Sequence record: MZ443783.1
Strand: one strand, 5' to 3'
Length of the DNA stretch: 64,000 nt
Each line of letters begins with the position of its first letter. Positions within the stretch are counted from its first letter, which is position 1. Shown piece after piece: positions 1 to 9,719 of this stretch. The notes beneath the pieces were generated by a model. It had not been told where the DNA came from, made no database searches, and saw only the letters and a program-made list of their open reading frames with translations. Position numbers and translations under genes: made by a program.

Positions 1-84
1 TTTGGTGTCAATGCAGAGGATTCTTAATCCCAGCATGTGGACGTGCAAAGGGAGTGCTCCCGGGATGAATCTACAGGAAAGTGG

Positions 85-744
85 TTATTTTTTGCGCGAA
101 ACGCGCTTACCCAGTTTTACACCGATTTGCGTCATAATGCGCTTCACGGTCTCTCCGTCATGGTCCTCAATGGCGTTTGCGAGTTTTTCGCCCTGCTCGC
201 GTGAAAGCTCAGGCATAATCAGTTTTAGCATCTGCGAACGCATTTTCGCAGACTTTGATTTGCCGCGTGATAGAGATTGTGTGTCCATTTCGTTTGCAAC
301 ACGGCTCATGGTGCGCTGCACACGACGATCTGCGAAGATATCAGCAAAAATATTGCCAAACAGGTCCTGGAACGAACGTCCACCGCCCATAATGTCGTCT
401 TTTGTGAAACGAACAGGCTGTCCGAGCGCATTCTGCTTATTGCAGTGCGTGGATTCCACTTCGTTTTGAGTACGTCCACCAGCACGGAAGTTCTCGTCAG
501 GGCGTGACGCTTTACCCTCTGCACCTGGTTTAGTGTTGCCGTTGCGCAGATCTGCATCGCCTTCAACAGCCTTATCGGGGTCGAACATGTCGTCCGCTGT
601 CTCGCTTTGGTTAGCGTCAAACGGAATCTTGCCCGTCAGCTTATTCGGGTCAGGCCAGCTCTTTGGAATATCAGAAGCAGGTTGCGCTTTGTTCGTCATA
701 TCGCCGTTAGCTTCGCTATTCAGGCTGATCATAATACGTGCCAT
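85..744 (-). CDS. hypothetical protein (219 aa), possibly virion-associated
   Basis: ORF with AGGAG RBS upstream of ATG at 744; co-oriented with 754-1860; no recognised motif. Confidence 0.75.
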   Translation of the reverse strand: MARIMISLNSEANGDMTNKAQPASDIPKSWPDPNKLTGKIPFDANQSETADDMFDPDKAVEGDADLRNGNTKPGAEGKASRPDENFRAGGRTQNEVESTHCNKQNALGQPVRFTKDDIMGGGRSFQDLFGNIFADIFADRRVQRTMSRVANEMDTQSLSRGKSKSAKMRSQMLKLIMPELSREQGEKLANAIEDHDGETVKRIMTQIGVKLGKRVSRKK

Positions 745-753
745 TCGAATCTC

Positions 754-1860
754 CTATCGGATTTTATAGCCTTTGAAAATGTTGTACGCAACTTCTTTGC
801 GCTGTACAGGACGAGTGGTACACACCCATTCCCACTGATCGTTCTTGGCCGTGCGTTTCTTCGGTGCTTCCATTACTTTCAGCACGTAGTTTTTGAAAGG
901 CACAACAAGAATGTCCTCCGGCTCCAGAGGTCCACAACGTGCAGGCAGAACGACTGTAAGGTTGCCGACAGTCAGTTCCTGATCGTAGTTCAACACGTTG
1001 GCCTCTTCGCTGAGGTTACCTTTAACCGCAGGCACACCTAAATCGAAGATGATTGTGGCGTGTGTGAAAGCCTCAACGCCTTTGACGCGCACAATCACAT
1101 GCTTACCACGCCACGGCTCCAGATTCGCAGCAGTCAGCTCCTGTTCTACGCCGTTAACAACCAGTACAGGGCGTGGGAATGCAGGCAGCAACTGTTCATT
1201 CAATCGTACCGAATAAGTCGCCTGCGTAAAGTATTTTGGAATAAGCTGATCGAAATCAACGTGTCCGTCTTTACGTACCTGCCTGAATGTCGCAGGGCTG
1301 GTGGATTGATCGAGCGTATACGCCGTCAGTGTTTTGGCGTGATGGTGCGTCATGACGTTGTAGATAAAGCCTGTGCTGATAAAGCCAGGCACAATGCCCT
1401 GACGGAAGCAGATGCCGCAGTTCGCAACGTTACCTGCATCCCATCCGTTCGACACTTCCTCGTCGCCGTTGCCCATGAGATCGGCAGCGCCCATTACAGC
1501 GTTCATGCCGTCGTCGATATCATCAAGGCTTACTGTTTGGCGTCCACCACCAAACATACCTTTCGATACTGGTGCGATCTTAACGTTCGCGTCCATTACA
1601 GATGATTCGCGGCCAATCGACTTCATGCCGCCCACCTGTTCGTCGAAGATATCGTTGTCCACTTTGTTGCAGCTACAGGTTAGACCCATCTTCGCTTTCT
1701 TGAAGATGACGATATCGGTCGCATCAACCTGTAACGCCTGTTCAACTTTCGACTGCACAACCTTCTGCACCGAGTCGAGGCGTTGCTGGACGCGTTCGGT
1801 TTCGTAGGTCTTATGGCGGTCGTAAGCAGTTCGCGGTCTTCCGCGTTCAATCCAGCTCAT
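754..1860 (-). CDS. hypothetical protein (368 aa), putative virion/neck component
   Basis: GAGGAG RBS; CxC and CxxC motifs; beta-rich C-terminus loosely like head-closure proteins (inference only). Confidence 0.75.
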   Translation of the reverse strand: MSWIERGRPRTAYDRHKTYETERVQQRLDSVQKVVQSKVEQALQVDATDIVIFKKAKMGLTCSCNKVDNDIFDEQVGGMKSIGRESSVMDANVKIAPVSKGMFGGGRQTVSLDDIDDGMNAVMGAADLMGNGDEEVSNGWDAGNVANCGICFRQGIVPGFISTGFIYNVMTHHHAKTLTAYTLDQSTSPATFRQVRKDGHVDFDQLIPKYFTQATYSVRLNEQLLPAFPRPVLVVNGVEQELTAANLEPWRGKHVIVRVKGVEAFTHATIIFDLGVPAVKGNLSEEANVLNYDQELTVGNLTVVLPARCGPLEPEDILVVPFKNYVLKVMEAPKKRTAKNDQWEWVCTTRPVQRKEVAYNIFKGYKIR

Positions 1861-1958
1861 AATCGTTCTCCTCTGTGTGGCTTAAATTAGTGTACAAAAT
1901 TTAGGACCTTGCCCCTAGTAAATACTTATTTAGAGTACGTTAAAACACGGAGCCTTTT

Positions 1959-2507
1959 ATGCGTATTCTTTCAGGCGACCCGGGCAAAGTGAACTTCGCG
2001 TTGGCTGTTCAGGAGTTTAAGGACAAACGCATTACAGTGCTCGGTACGCGGATGTTTCAACATCCTATCCAGAATCTGCACCACGACATGCGACAGCCCA
2101 CCAAGGAGTTTTTGGCAGAGCTGGAACTGATGTGGAAGCTATACGGACCATTCGATGCTATGTGCTTCGAACGCTTTCAATCGCGCGGTCTAGGTGGTAA
2201 CACGATTGAGGCTATCAGTCTCATGCTTGGTGTTATCTCGTTCTTCGCACTCAAAAAGAAATGCCCACTCGATTTGATTACGGCTAGCCAGTGGAAGAAC
2301 GCATTCAACCGCACAATGGACCTCAAAGGTTATTACGCACACTATAACCTGACGTCCAAAAAGAGTCGCAAAGCGATTCACGAATTTGATGCCAGCCTTA
2401 TCGGCGTCTACACCTTCTATCGTCACTCAGGAATCAAACCGTTCGCTGGTTTCAACCGCGTTGTCGATGTGTACGTACCACGATTCCTGGGCGCACCTGT
2501 GTTGTGA
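1959..2507 (+). CDS. RuvC-like Holliday junction resolvase (poxvirus A22-type)
   Basis: N-terminal ILSGDPGKVNFA, FERFQ, ASQWK and C-terminal HEFDA match the RNase H-fold resolvase catalytic layout; GGAG RBS. Confidence 0.75.
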   Translation: MRILSGDPGKVNFALAVQEFKDKRITVLGTRMFQHPIQNLHHDMRQPTKEFLAELELMWKLYGPFDAMCFERFQSRGLGGNTIEAISLMLGVISFFALKKKCPLDLITASQWKNAFNRTMDLKGYYAHYNLTSKKSRKAIHEFDASLIGVYTFYRHSGIKPFAGFNRVVDVYVPRFLGAPVL

Positions 2508-2513
2508 GGACAT

Positions 2514-2879
2514 ATGGAACAAATTGAACTGTTACGCGTAGTGAAAGAGATCCTCAGCGAATACGGCAAAGTTGAGTTTCTGGCGCAAGGTCATGTTGGT
2601 GTGAACACCGAGCACCGTGCGACCTATGAAACGTTAATCACTGTGACCTCTGATATCGACACAACTTTCCCCGAAGCAGATTTCCGCGCTAAGATTGCGG
2701 CGCAGATTGACGAGTATCGTGTGGTTGGATTCAAGCGCACCTACAACGAGCAGACCCGAGAGTTTGTGCTGCAACTGACCGACCCAATATTCACCTACCG
2801 TGACCCATTGGTGTGTCCAGCAAACGGCAAAACTCTGTACTCGGTTTCCGTAGGTTTCCCGTTCGTGTCCACCAATTAA
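2514..2879 (+). CDS. hypothetical protein (121 aa)
   Basis: GAGG RBS, tight operon packing. Confidence 0.75.
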   Translation: MEQIELLRVVKEILSEYGKVEFLAQGHVGVNTEHRATYETLITVTSDIDTTFPEADFRAKIAAQIDEYRVVGFKRTYNEQTREFVLQLTDPIFTYRDPLVCPANGKTLYSVSVGFPFVSTN

Positions 2880-2888
2880 TCTGTAAAT
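2878..2888 (+). promoter_or_regulatory. AATCTGTAAAT motif, candidate phage-sigma promoter
   Basis: Identical 11-mer also at 7418-7428(-), 14311-14321 and 20553-20563; about 38 nt before ATG 2926. Confidence 0.55.
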
Positions 2889-2925
2889 ATCCTTACTTGG
2901 TTAACGCGCGTGTGGGATATTGAAA

Positions 2926-3609
2926 ATGGCGAAGTTGAAGAAAGAACGATCGGTCAAAGTCAGTGCTAAAAAGACTGTTGCCGTAAAAACAAAGAAAGCA
3001 AAAGCTAAGGCTATTCCTGTTCGTGTCGTTCAGGACACACGGCCTATTATCAATTGCCCTGAGATGGAAGAGAAGCCTCAACCATTTCGTTTTCGTGGTC
3101 AGTGCCCGATAGTGACCTGTCAGTATTGCACACGCGAAACTCCGACAGGCTGCATGGCGCTTGACCGCAAAGAATCGGCCGACCGTTCAATCTCTAACAA
3201 GGAGATCGCTTATTATAAACGTGGCCTCTTTCCTGAACTTAAAGACATGGATCAGAAGCAACTGGACAGTACGATTCGACGCGCACAAAATCGTACCCGC
3301 AATGCTATCTGCCTTACTATGTTTATTGCCGGGATTGATGATTCTGATTGCGATAGGTCTTTTCAATATGTAGAAGGCCGCAGTCGTCTGGTCGATCAGG
3401 TACATAACTATCTGGTCCAAACGTTCAATGATTACCGTCCGTGGATGCTCGCATACCTCGACGACGAAAAACGATTCGGCGACATGGTGGGTAAAATAAC
3501 CAATTCCGACTTTAATTTAAAAGACGCATTGCGTTTGACTCCTCGCAAGTATCAAATGTTCTGCCAGTCGCTACAAAATCTTAAACAATCTGGAGACTCT
3601 CATGAGTAA
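2926..3609 (+). CDS. hypothetical protein with basic N-terminus and Cys cluster (CPIVTCQYC...C)
   Basis: ORF track 2920-3609; first ATG at 2926. Confidence 0.75.
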   Translation: MAKLKKERSVKVSAKKTVAVKTKKAKAKAIPVRVVQDTRPIINCPEMEEKPQPFRFRGQCPIVTCQYCTRETPTGCMALDRKESADRSISNKEIAYYKRGLFPELKDMDQKQLDSTIRRAQNRTRNAICLTMFIAGIDDSDCDRSFQYVEGRSRLVDQVHNYLVQTFNDYRPWMLAYLDDEKRFGDMVGKITNSDFNLKDALRLTPRKYQMFCQSLQNLKQSGDSHE

Positions 3610-5374
3610 CTTTATCTCCCTCGATCAGTATCGCGCGATCATTCGTCGCAACGTCCTGAAAGAGCCTCAGATGCTGGTGGTCAATCAGACGCAGCCACTG
3701 GGTCAAATCTTTTTCCAATGCCCCGGCGATAACTTCCAGATGAAGGATATCATTGTCCCGCCATCTCGTAACGCTATCGACCTGACGCAGCAAGCACCGC
3801 TGGAAAATCTGCTGGCCTGTAGCCAACTGAAAGCGCTGCTGCAAACGCAACGTCTGGTGTTGTTGAACCCAGAAGAAATGCCAAACCCCGGTGAAGGCAT
3901 TCAGATGCCTCAGCTTTCTGTTCCACCAGTTGCTGGTGCCGTGTCGGTTGACGGCGTAACTATTCCTAACGCTACCGTGATTGTCGAGCAAAATGGTAAC
4001 GTCTGGACTGGTACTTCAAACGGCAGCGGTGTGTTCACTGTTGACGTATCTGGCCTGCAGGAAGGTGTGTTCTCAATCACCATTACTGCTGATGGTTTCG
4101 TGCCTGCTCGTTACAACTTCAATGCTGGTGCGCAACCTCTGCAACCAATGCCTGCTCCTACAGTACACGCTGTCTTTAAAGAGACAACTGTATCGGGAAC
4201 CACGGTTGCGAATGCTAATATCATCGTATCGGTGCAGAGCAAAGAGTTTACAGGTCAGGCTGATGATCAGGGTGCGTTTAGCATTAACGTTGACCCACTG
4301 CCGTTTGACATTATTCACCTGACGATCACTGCTGCTGGTTATCTGGATAACGTTGTCAATCACATGGTTGACTCTGTTCCTGGTCTGGCTCAGATTAACA
4401 GCGCACCGTTCCTGTCTACTGCGCTGGCAGGTAAGGCAAGTCCAGAAGCTGAAATCGAAATCATCATCACCGGCCAGTCCAATCAGTTCGTTACTGCTGC
4501 TGCAAACGGCGACTGGACTGCTGTTGTTGGTGCTGTTAAAGGTGAAGTCTCTATTCGTGTGCTTGAGAAAGACGGCTACGACGAAGCGACTGCTACCATG
4601 CAGCCTACCAAACTGCCTGCTCCTGTACTGGCTGTCGATAACGCTGATAGCATCGGCGAGAATCAAACTGTCTTCGGTGGACCTATCACTGGTCTGAGTG
4701 CAGAAGCGAATGACGTAGCGGTAACGCTGACTGTTCAGGCTGGTCTGTACGAAGGTACTGTTGACCTGCAATCAAGCCACTGGTCTGTGACTGGTGTTGA
4801 TGCAAAAGCGGGTGTGGGTTCTGTAGGTGTTGTGAATCTGACGTCGGCCTTCTATGAAGATGCCTCAACGTCGTTCAACATTCTGGAAGAGTTCGCGCAG
4901 CCTACTCTGCAACAAGCGCAAGATGGGCAGACTGCGGTAGTTGGTGATACTGTGGCTAGCGCTACAGTTAAGATCACAATGAACGGCGAAACCAAAACTG
5001 CGTCTTCAAACCCGCAGGGTGCGTTCTCTGTTGATGGATTTACTAACGTTGTGCCTGGCCAGATTCGTATCGAACTGTCACGCAACGGTTACCTGCCTGC
5101 GGACTTCAATGTCGCTCTGGCAGTGCAGGCTCTCGGCCAGCTTGATGCAAATCTGGCTGTCGGTGAAGACACAGTTGCTGGACAAGCGACTCCTGGTTCT
5201 ACTGTCACCTTGACGCAGGGTAGCGTTGTTGGTGATGCTGTGGCTGACGCGTCAACGGGTGACTTCATCATCACTCTGTCTGGACCGCTGGTAGAAGGTA
5301 CACCAGTAGAGTTGAAAGTACAACACGCGGGCTATGTTGATTACGTTGAAACGTTAACTGTTTCTGCACCTTAA
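3602..5374 (+). CDS. Ig-like repeat protein (590 aa), putative virion surface/decoration protein
   Basis: Repeated ~80-aa beta-rich units (V.G.A...A.I.V....T..A...G.F.I) typical of bacterial Ig-like domains; N-terminal domain paralogous to 5427-6080. Confidence 0.75.
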   Translation: MSNFISLDQYRAIIRRNVLKEPQMLVVNQTQPLGQIFFQCPGDNFQMKDIIVPPSRNAIDLTQQAPLENLLACSQLKALLQTQRLVLLNPEEMPNPGEGIQMPQLSVPPVAGAVSVDGVTIPNATVIVEQNGNVWTGTSNGSGVFTVDVSGLQEGVFSITITADGFVPARYNFNAGAQPLQPMPAPTVHAVFKETTVSGTTVANANIIVSVQSKEFTGQADDQGAFSINVDPLPFDIIHLTITAAGYLDNVVNHMVDSVPGLAQINSAPFLSTALAGKASPEAEIEIIITGQSNQFVTAAANGDWTAVVGAVKGEVSIRVLEKDGYDEATATMQPTKLPAPVLAVDNADSIGENQTVFGGPITGLSAEANDVAVTLTVQAGLYEGTVDLQSSHWSVTGVDAKAGVGSVGVVNLTSAFYEDASTSFNILEEFAQPTLQQAQDGQTAVVGDTVASATVKITMNGETKTASSNPQGAFSVDGFTNVVPGQIRIELSRNGYLPADFNVALAVQALGQLDANLAVGEDTVAGQATPGSTVTLTQGSVVGDAVADASTGDFIITLSGPLVEGTPVELKVQHAGYVDYVETLTVSAP

Positions 5375-5383
5375 TCTTACCTG

Positions 5384-5400
5384 AGGGGCTTCGGCCCCTT
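5384..5400 (+). terminator. stem-loop with C(UUCG)G loop, probable terminator
   Basis: AGGGG-CTTCGG-CCCCT immediately after the stop; weak U tract. Confidence 0.55.
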
Positions 5401-5426
5401 AATGAAATGCAATTCGGAGATTTACC

Positions 5427-6080
5427 ATGTCAGATAAAGCAAGCACCAAAGTACAACCCATTACGCTCACCACTTACAACGAGCGTTACGGCCAGAACCC
5501 TGTCGCACCTATGTACGTTGCTAACCGTACCGAGCCTCGCGGCAACGTAATGTTCAGCGCACAGGACGACATGGGACAGCCTGTTCCAGTTCTCGTACCT
5601 GCTACCTTCATCCCGATCGACCTGACTCAGCAAGCTACCAAAGAGAGCCTGTTGAAATCTACGCACCTGCGCCGCGCACTGCAACGAAACCAGCTGGTCA
5701 TCATCGACACTGAAAGCGCTGAAAACTATCTGCGTACCAGTTCTCTGGCTAAAGCGGAAATGCGTAACCTGAACAAAATGGGTAGCGCAATCGCTGCTGA
5801 TCTGGGCGAAGAAGGCGGTGAGCTGGCTGCTATCGATCTGGGCGGCGCGTCTAAACGTAACGTGCAGTTTGAAGGCGGTACTCAGTATTCTGAAAACCAG
5901 TTTGTTAACGCATTCATCGTTCGTGCTGCCGAAGACAGCGAAGAATCTGACGACAACCTGCAACGTGAATTCCTGTCTCGCGGTATCAACCTGCCAGTCT
6001 CTGAGCTGAACATTCTGCGTGAGCACATCACTCGCCCAGCAATCGTTGAGCTGATCATGCAGGCTCTGGAAGACGCGTAA
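5427..6080 (+). CDS. hypothetical protein (217 aa), paralog of the Ig-protein N-domain; putative virion protein
   Basis: GGAG RBS; shares VP...IDLTQQA..E.LL...L motif with 3602-5374. Confidence 0.8.
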   Translation: MSDKASTKVQPITLTTYNERYGQNPVAPMYVANRTEPRGNVMFSAQDDMGQPVPVLVPATFIPIDLTQQATKESLLKSTHLRRALQRNQLVIIDTESAENYLRTSSLAKAEMRNLNKMGSAIAADLGEEGGELAAIDLGGASKRNVQFEGGTQYSENQFVNAFIVRAAEDSEESDDNLQREFLSRGINLPVSELNILREHITRPAIVELIMQALEDA

Positions 6081-6096
6081 TTTTAGTGCTACAGAC

Positions 6097-6137
6097 AAAA
6101 AAAAATGGGAGGCCCCGAAAGGAGTCTCCCATTTTTG
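6097..6137. terminator. bidirectional intrinsic terminator
   Basis: A9-TGGGAGGCCCC-GAAA-GGAGTCTCCCA-T5 between convergent genes. Confidence 0.85.
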
Positions 6138-6317
6138 TTACTGCTGCTTTTCCGCTTGCTGTCTTAAACGATCAAGGAATGCCGAACTTTCACCTGGCTT
6201 AATGTGTCTCGGTTCAACTTTGATGCGATTGATCATACGCTGCATACGACGAATGCTTCGGCTACGCAGGTCTTCAATCGAGTGCTGCTTAAACTGCTTT
6301 CTGAATTTCAGAGCCAT
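6138..6317 (-). CDS. small basic protein (59 aa)
   Basis: MALKFRKQFKQHSIEDLRSRSIRRMQRMINRIKV...; starts 1 nt after the primase stop and ends at the terminator; below the ORF-track cutoff. Confidence 0.65.
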   Translation of the reverse strand: MALKFRKQFKQHSIEDLRSRSIRRMQRMINRIKVEPRHIKPGESSAFLDRLRQQAEKQQ

Positions 6318-6318
6318 C

Positions 6319-7377
6319 TTACTTTCCTTTCTGTGTTATCGCTTTAGGTCTATTCCAGCCTAACGCTTTTGCTGGCATGATACACTTCTTACCGTGTATG
6401 TCTTTCAGCGTCATGCGAACTTCTTTGATCAAGTTCATCGGTGCATTGTCTGGGTCGAGCTTAATCAGCTTACCATCTTCATCATACTCACGCGGTAGCT
6501 TGAAGTGTTTGACAGGTACTGGAGAGTTCTTTTCAAACTCCGCCTTTATTTTATTGCGCAGTAGCTTCCCGCCACCATCGTTATCAGTCATCGTGTAGAC
6601 AACACTCACGCCTAACATCTCAAGCGTTCTGCGTTTCGTTTCCCCGAACTGCTCTGCACCGAGTACAGCCAACGCAGGAATCCCATATGACAACAACGCC
6701 AGAGCATCACGAGGACCTTCGACGAGAACAACATAGCGCAACTTGTATTTCTTCAAACACTCTTTAACTAACGGCAGAGGGAACAGGCCTTTCTCTTTCG
6801 CCCAATCACCATTCGAGTTCACATAGCTTGTGCCGTTCATCTGTTTGCGCAGATACGCAGCGATACCACCTATGTATTTCGTACCGTGCTTACATGGAAA
6901 GAAGCAGACGTTACTGCCTGTACGTTGCGCGTTAAGCAAACCCCCAGCAGCCTGAACGAGCGCTCCTGGATATCCACGCCATTCAACATCGAGAGGCCAT
7001 TCCATGTAGCTGTTACGTCCGAGTGCTTTCATCAATAAACCGACAGAAGCATACGTGCCAATCTTATTGCCTATCTGCTCATACGTTTTGAACAACGCAC
7101 TTAGGCTGTTTGTGTTAGCGTCTTTCAGCGCCCAGCCTTTGATCTCTTGCAGCTTCGCGTGTGCTGCTAACTTGTTCCAGCCACCCTTCTCACCGCAACC
7201 GAAGCAGTGAAAGAATCCTAAAGGAATCTCCATCCCAACAGAAGTGTAAATACCACAACTAGGCGTCTTATCACTATGAAACGGACAGCACACCATAACA
7301 GTGTCACCGTTATATTTCTTGTCGCCTGGCAATTTGCCAATCTCGTCAAGTATTATCTGATGAACGTCTTCTGCCAT
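6319..7377 (-). CDS. dnaG: DNA primase (DnaG-type)
   Basis: CHC2 zinc finger CPFHSDKTPSC...HCFGCG plus TOPRIM LVEGPRDA...DNDGGG. Confidence 0.92.
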   Translation of the reverse strand: MAEDVHQIILDEIGKLPGDKKYNGDTVMVCCPFHSDKTPSCGIYTSVGMEIPLGFFHCFGCGEKGGWNKLAAHAKLQEIKGWALKDANTNSLSALFKTYEQIGNKIGTYASVGLLMKALGRNSYMEWPLDVEWRGYPGALVQAAGGLLNAQRTGSNVCFFPCKHGTKYIGGIAAYLRKQMNGTSYVNSNGDWAKEKGLFPLPLVKECLKKYKLRYVVLVEGPRDALALLSYGIPALAVLGAEQFGETKRRTLEMLGVSVVYTMTDNDGGGKLLRNKIKAEFEKNSPVPVKHFKLPREYDEDGKLIKLDPDNAPMNLIKEVRMTLKDIHGKKCIMPAKALGWNRPKAITQKGK

Positions 7378-7417
7378 ACCATCCTCTATTCGTATCGTAA
7401 TTTCAGCATATACGCAT

Positions 7418-7428
7418 ATTTACAGATT
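7418..7428 (-). promoter_or_regulatory. AATCTGTAAAT motif upstream of primase
   Basis: Reverse complement of ATTTACAGATT, about 41 nt before the primase ATG. Confidence 0.55.
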
Positions 7429-7441
7429 AAGGACAGCCAGA

Positions 7442-7777
7442 ATGGGTAATCCACATCGCTATGTGCATACGGCACAGCGCCGCTTCTATGGCAAACACTG
7501 GGTTAGCTTTTGTGATCTGATTCGTGTTGAACCGCAAAAGTACGGCGCATTCAATAGTCAGGATGATATGATCGGTCTGACGCTGCCGAAAGATTTTGAT
7601 GTGGCCGAGGCAACAAAGAGCCTGCGCCAGATTTATGTGACGACTGACGAGAACGTAGAAGTACGCTGCTACCTGTTTGGTACTCGCTACTATAAGTTCG
7701 TATTCTTCGAGCAAACAATTGCCGTGAGCGAGGACACTGATGAGAACGTTAGCAAATATACCCGCCCGAGTGAATGA
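7442..7777 (+). CDS. hypothetical protein (111 aa)
   Basis: AAGGA RBS; divergent from primase. Confidence 0.7.
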   Translation: MGNPHRYVHTAQRRFYGKHWVSFCDLIRVEPQKYGAFNSQDDMIGLTLPKDFDVAEATKSLRQIYVTTDENVEVRCYLFGTRYYKFVFFEQTIAVSEDTDENVSKYTRPSE

Positions 7778-8825
7778 TACTCGCGGCCTGTCTCGCATCG
7801 GAAAAATGATTGATGCGGCTCTTGACGTAAAGAACCAAGAGAAGCGTTGGCCGAAGAAGCGCGTCAGTCCGTCCATGTTTCCTATCTGCCCGATTCAAGA
7901 AACAGCGAAACTGATTTACCAGAAGCACAATAACTGCATGACCGGAGAGTCTGGTACGTTGCTGAACATCTTTGCGAAAGCAGGGACAGGGATGCACGAA
8001 TCATTGCAGAATGCTCTGGGACACAGTGGTCAGATGGTTGGTCACTGGAAATGTACGAATGAAAAATGCGTCGAGTACCCGAAAACCAAAGGCAAGACAG
8101 TCGATGGTGAGTACGTCAAAGGCAAATACACGCGAACTCGAAGCACGAACAATCGTTGTCCGTCGTGCGATCAGCCTATGGCTTATGCAGAACTCAAAGT
8201 CCTGTACAAGTCACTCAAGGGTTACGTCGATGGACTGATTGATAATCTGGACGGCACGTACAGTCTGATAGATTTGAAATCGACTATGGTGACCAAAGCT
8301 GCTGACGGAACCTTCTTCGTTAAGTATCACCGCTTCCAGATCGCGACCTACGCATACCTGCTGAAAAAGCGTTACGGCTATAACATCGTGGACTATACCC
8401 TCGTCTACGTGCCACGCGACAACCCGAAGAAGTTTGTCGAGAAGACCTTTGTGTTTGACGAGGCAGAGTCGAAACGCGCCAAAGACTTTATGATGGAACA
8501 AATACGCGCATGGGATGCTGCGGTAAAATCGGCTCGCACTGGCGACCTGCTGCCTGCTATTAAACGGAAGCCGTGCAAAAGCGCCGAGTATTATTGGGAC
8601 GAGTTCCATGGATATGATACATGCCCTTTTGTTGACTATTGCTTTATTCAATCACACATGATTGACTTCATGAAGAAGTTAGAGCAGCGAATCATGGCCA
8701 ACCCCGATCTTACTTATATGGAAATCGTAAGCACAGGTCGGAAAACTCAACAACAAGGTCTGCTGCCGGACAAGAAGCCAAAGTCTCAACGTCCGAAGCA
8801 TATCGTAAAAACATTTGAGCTATGA
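7770..8825 (+). CDS. PD-(D/E)XK Cas4/RecB-like exonuclease
   Basis: SPS..PICP, GT..H, VDGLID, IDLKS, QIATY motifs and C-terminal C...CPFVDYC; start uncertain (7740/7770/7806). Confidence 0.8.
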   Translation: MNDTRGLSRIGKMIDAALDVKNQEKRWPKKRVSPSMFPICPIQETAKLIYQKHNNCMTGESGTLLNIFAKAGTGMHESLQNALGHSGQMVGHWKCTNEKCVEYPKTKGKTVDGEYVKGKYTRTRSTNNRCPSCDQPMAYAELKVLYKSLKGYVDGLIDNLDGTYSLIDLKSTMVTKAADGTFFVKYHRFQIATYAYLLKKRYGYNIVDYTLVYVPRDNPKKFVEKTFVFDEAESKRAKDFMMEQIRAWDAAVKSARTGDLLPAIKRKPCKSAEYYWDEFHGYDTCPFVDYCFIQSHMIDFMKKLEQRIMANPDLTYMEIVSTGRKTQQQGLLPDKKPKSQRPKHIVKTFEL

Positions 8826-9232
8826 GCATACAAAAAGATTATGAACGTTCAATGCGCCGACTTAAGGAGTCTGTCTATCGCAAAGAAAAACTCGGTTACG
8901 TTGCGCCGAGATGCGTTGATGTTGTTCTCTCAAAAGTGAGACCGCCTGAACAGGTAGCGTCGAGGAAGTATCTGGTCATGCTGATGCTATTCAGTCAGAC
9001 CTGCGAACAACTCGGTGCTACCTTGACGATGCGTGAACAACTCGTGGTCAAGATGGCTATCCTTAGTCGGAAGCACCCAACGCCAGACATTCAGCGCAAA
9101 ATTCGCAGACTGGATGAACTGGTAATAAGTCAGGACAAAAACATTGAGGGTCAGCTTCTGTTGCTTGAGTATCGAGCGCAGATTCTGATTGATATCCTCG
9201 ACGGTAAAGAACCCAACTCCAGATATACTTGA
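8822..9232 (+). CDS. hypothetical protein (136 aa)
   Basis: ATGA overlap with the upstream gene. Confidence 0.7.
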   Translation: MSIQKDYERSMRRLKESVYRKEKLGYVAPRCVDVVLSKVRPPEQVASRKYLVMLMLFSQTCEQLGATLTMREQLVVKMAILSRKHPTPDIQRKIRRLDELVISQDKNIEGQLLLLEYRAQILIDILDGKEPNSRYT

Positions 9233-9239
9233 GGTACTC

Positions 9240-9719
9240 ATGGAAATTTATGTAAGCCTGAGTCAGGATAGCACGGACAAGAACCGTAGCAAAGTCACAA
9301 GCCCAGAATCCACCACTGGTCGTGTTGACGTGTCCGAATATGCTTCGCTTGAAAAGAAGCTGCGCCTGACCGAAGAGGCGAAAGACAAAGAGAAGTTAGC
9401 TCAAAAGGCTGGTGGCGGTGATTCTGTAAAGGGTAAGAAAGGCGCTAAAAAAGATAGCGCAAAGCCCAAGGATGACGACACTGATACGGACGAAGACCCT
9501 ACATTAGATGATGAAGGTGACGCAGATGATTCAGATGACGCTTCCGATACAGATGGAGACGACTCCGATGGAGACTCTAAAGGTAAGAAGTCACGAAAGA
9601 AACCTGACGACTCTGGAGCAGCGGACGATGCGGACGCAGAAGACCCTGACGCAGACGAATCCGAAGGTGATGACGGGGATGCAGATGCTGAAAGCACTGA
9701 TGACGAGGACATCGAATAG
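9240..9719 (+). CDS. low-complexity D/K-rich protein (159 aa)
   Basis: GAGG RBS before ATG 9240; acidic tail with Lys patches. Confidence 0.75.
   Translation: MEIYVSLSQDSTDKNRSKVTSPESTTGRVDVSEYASLEKKLRLTEEAKDKEKLAQKAGGGDSVKGKKGAKKDSAKPKDDDTDTDEDPTLDDEGDADDSDDASDTDGDDSDGDSKGKKSRKKPDDSGAADDADAEDPDADESEGDDGDADAESTDDEDIE

Noticed and set aside
2-469. 155-aa + strand ORF at the window start
   Set aside because: Antisense to 85-744, which has a good RBS; atypical composition
9508-9699. N-terminal part of ORF 9508-10215
   Set aside because: Alternative frame of the D-rich gene 9240-9719; the start was moved to about 9700
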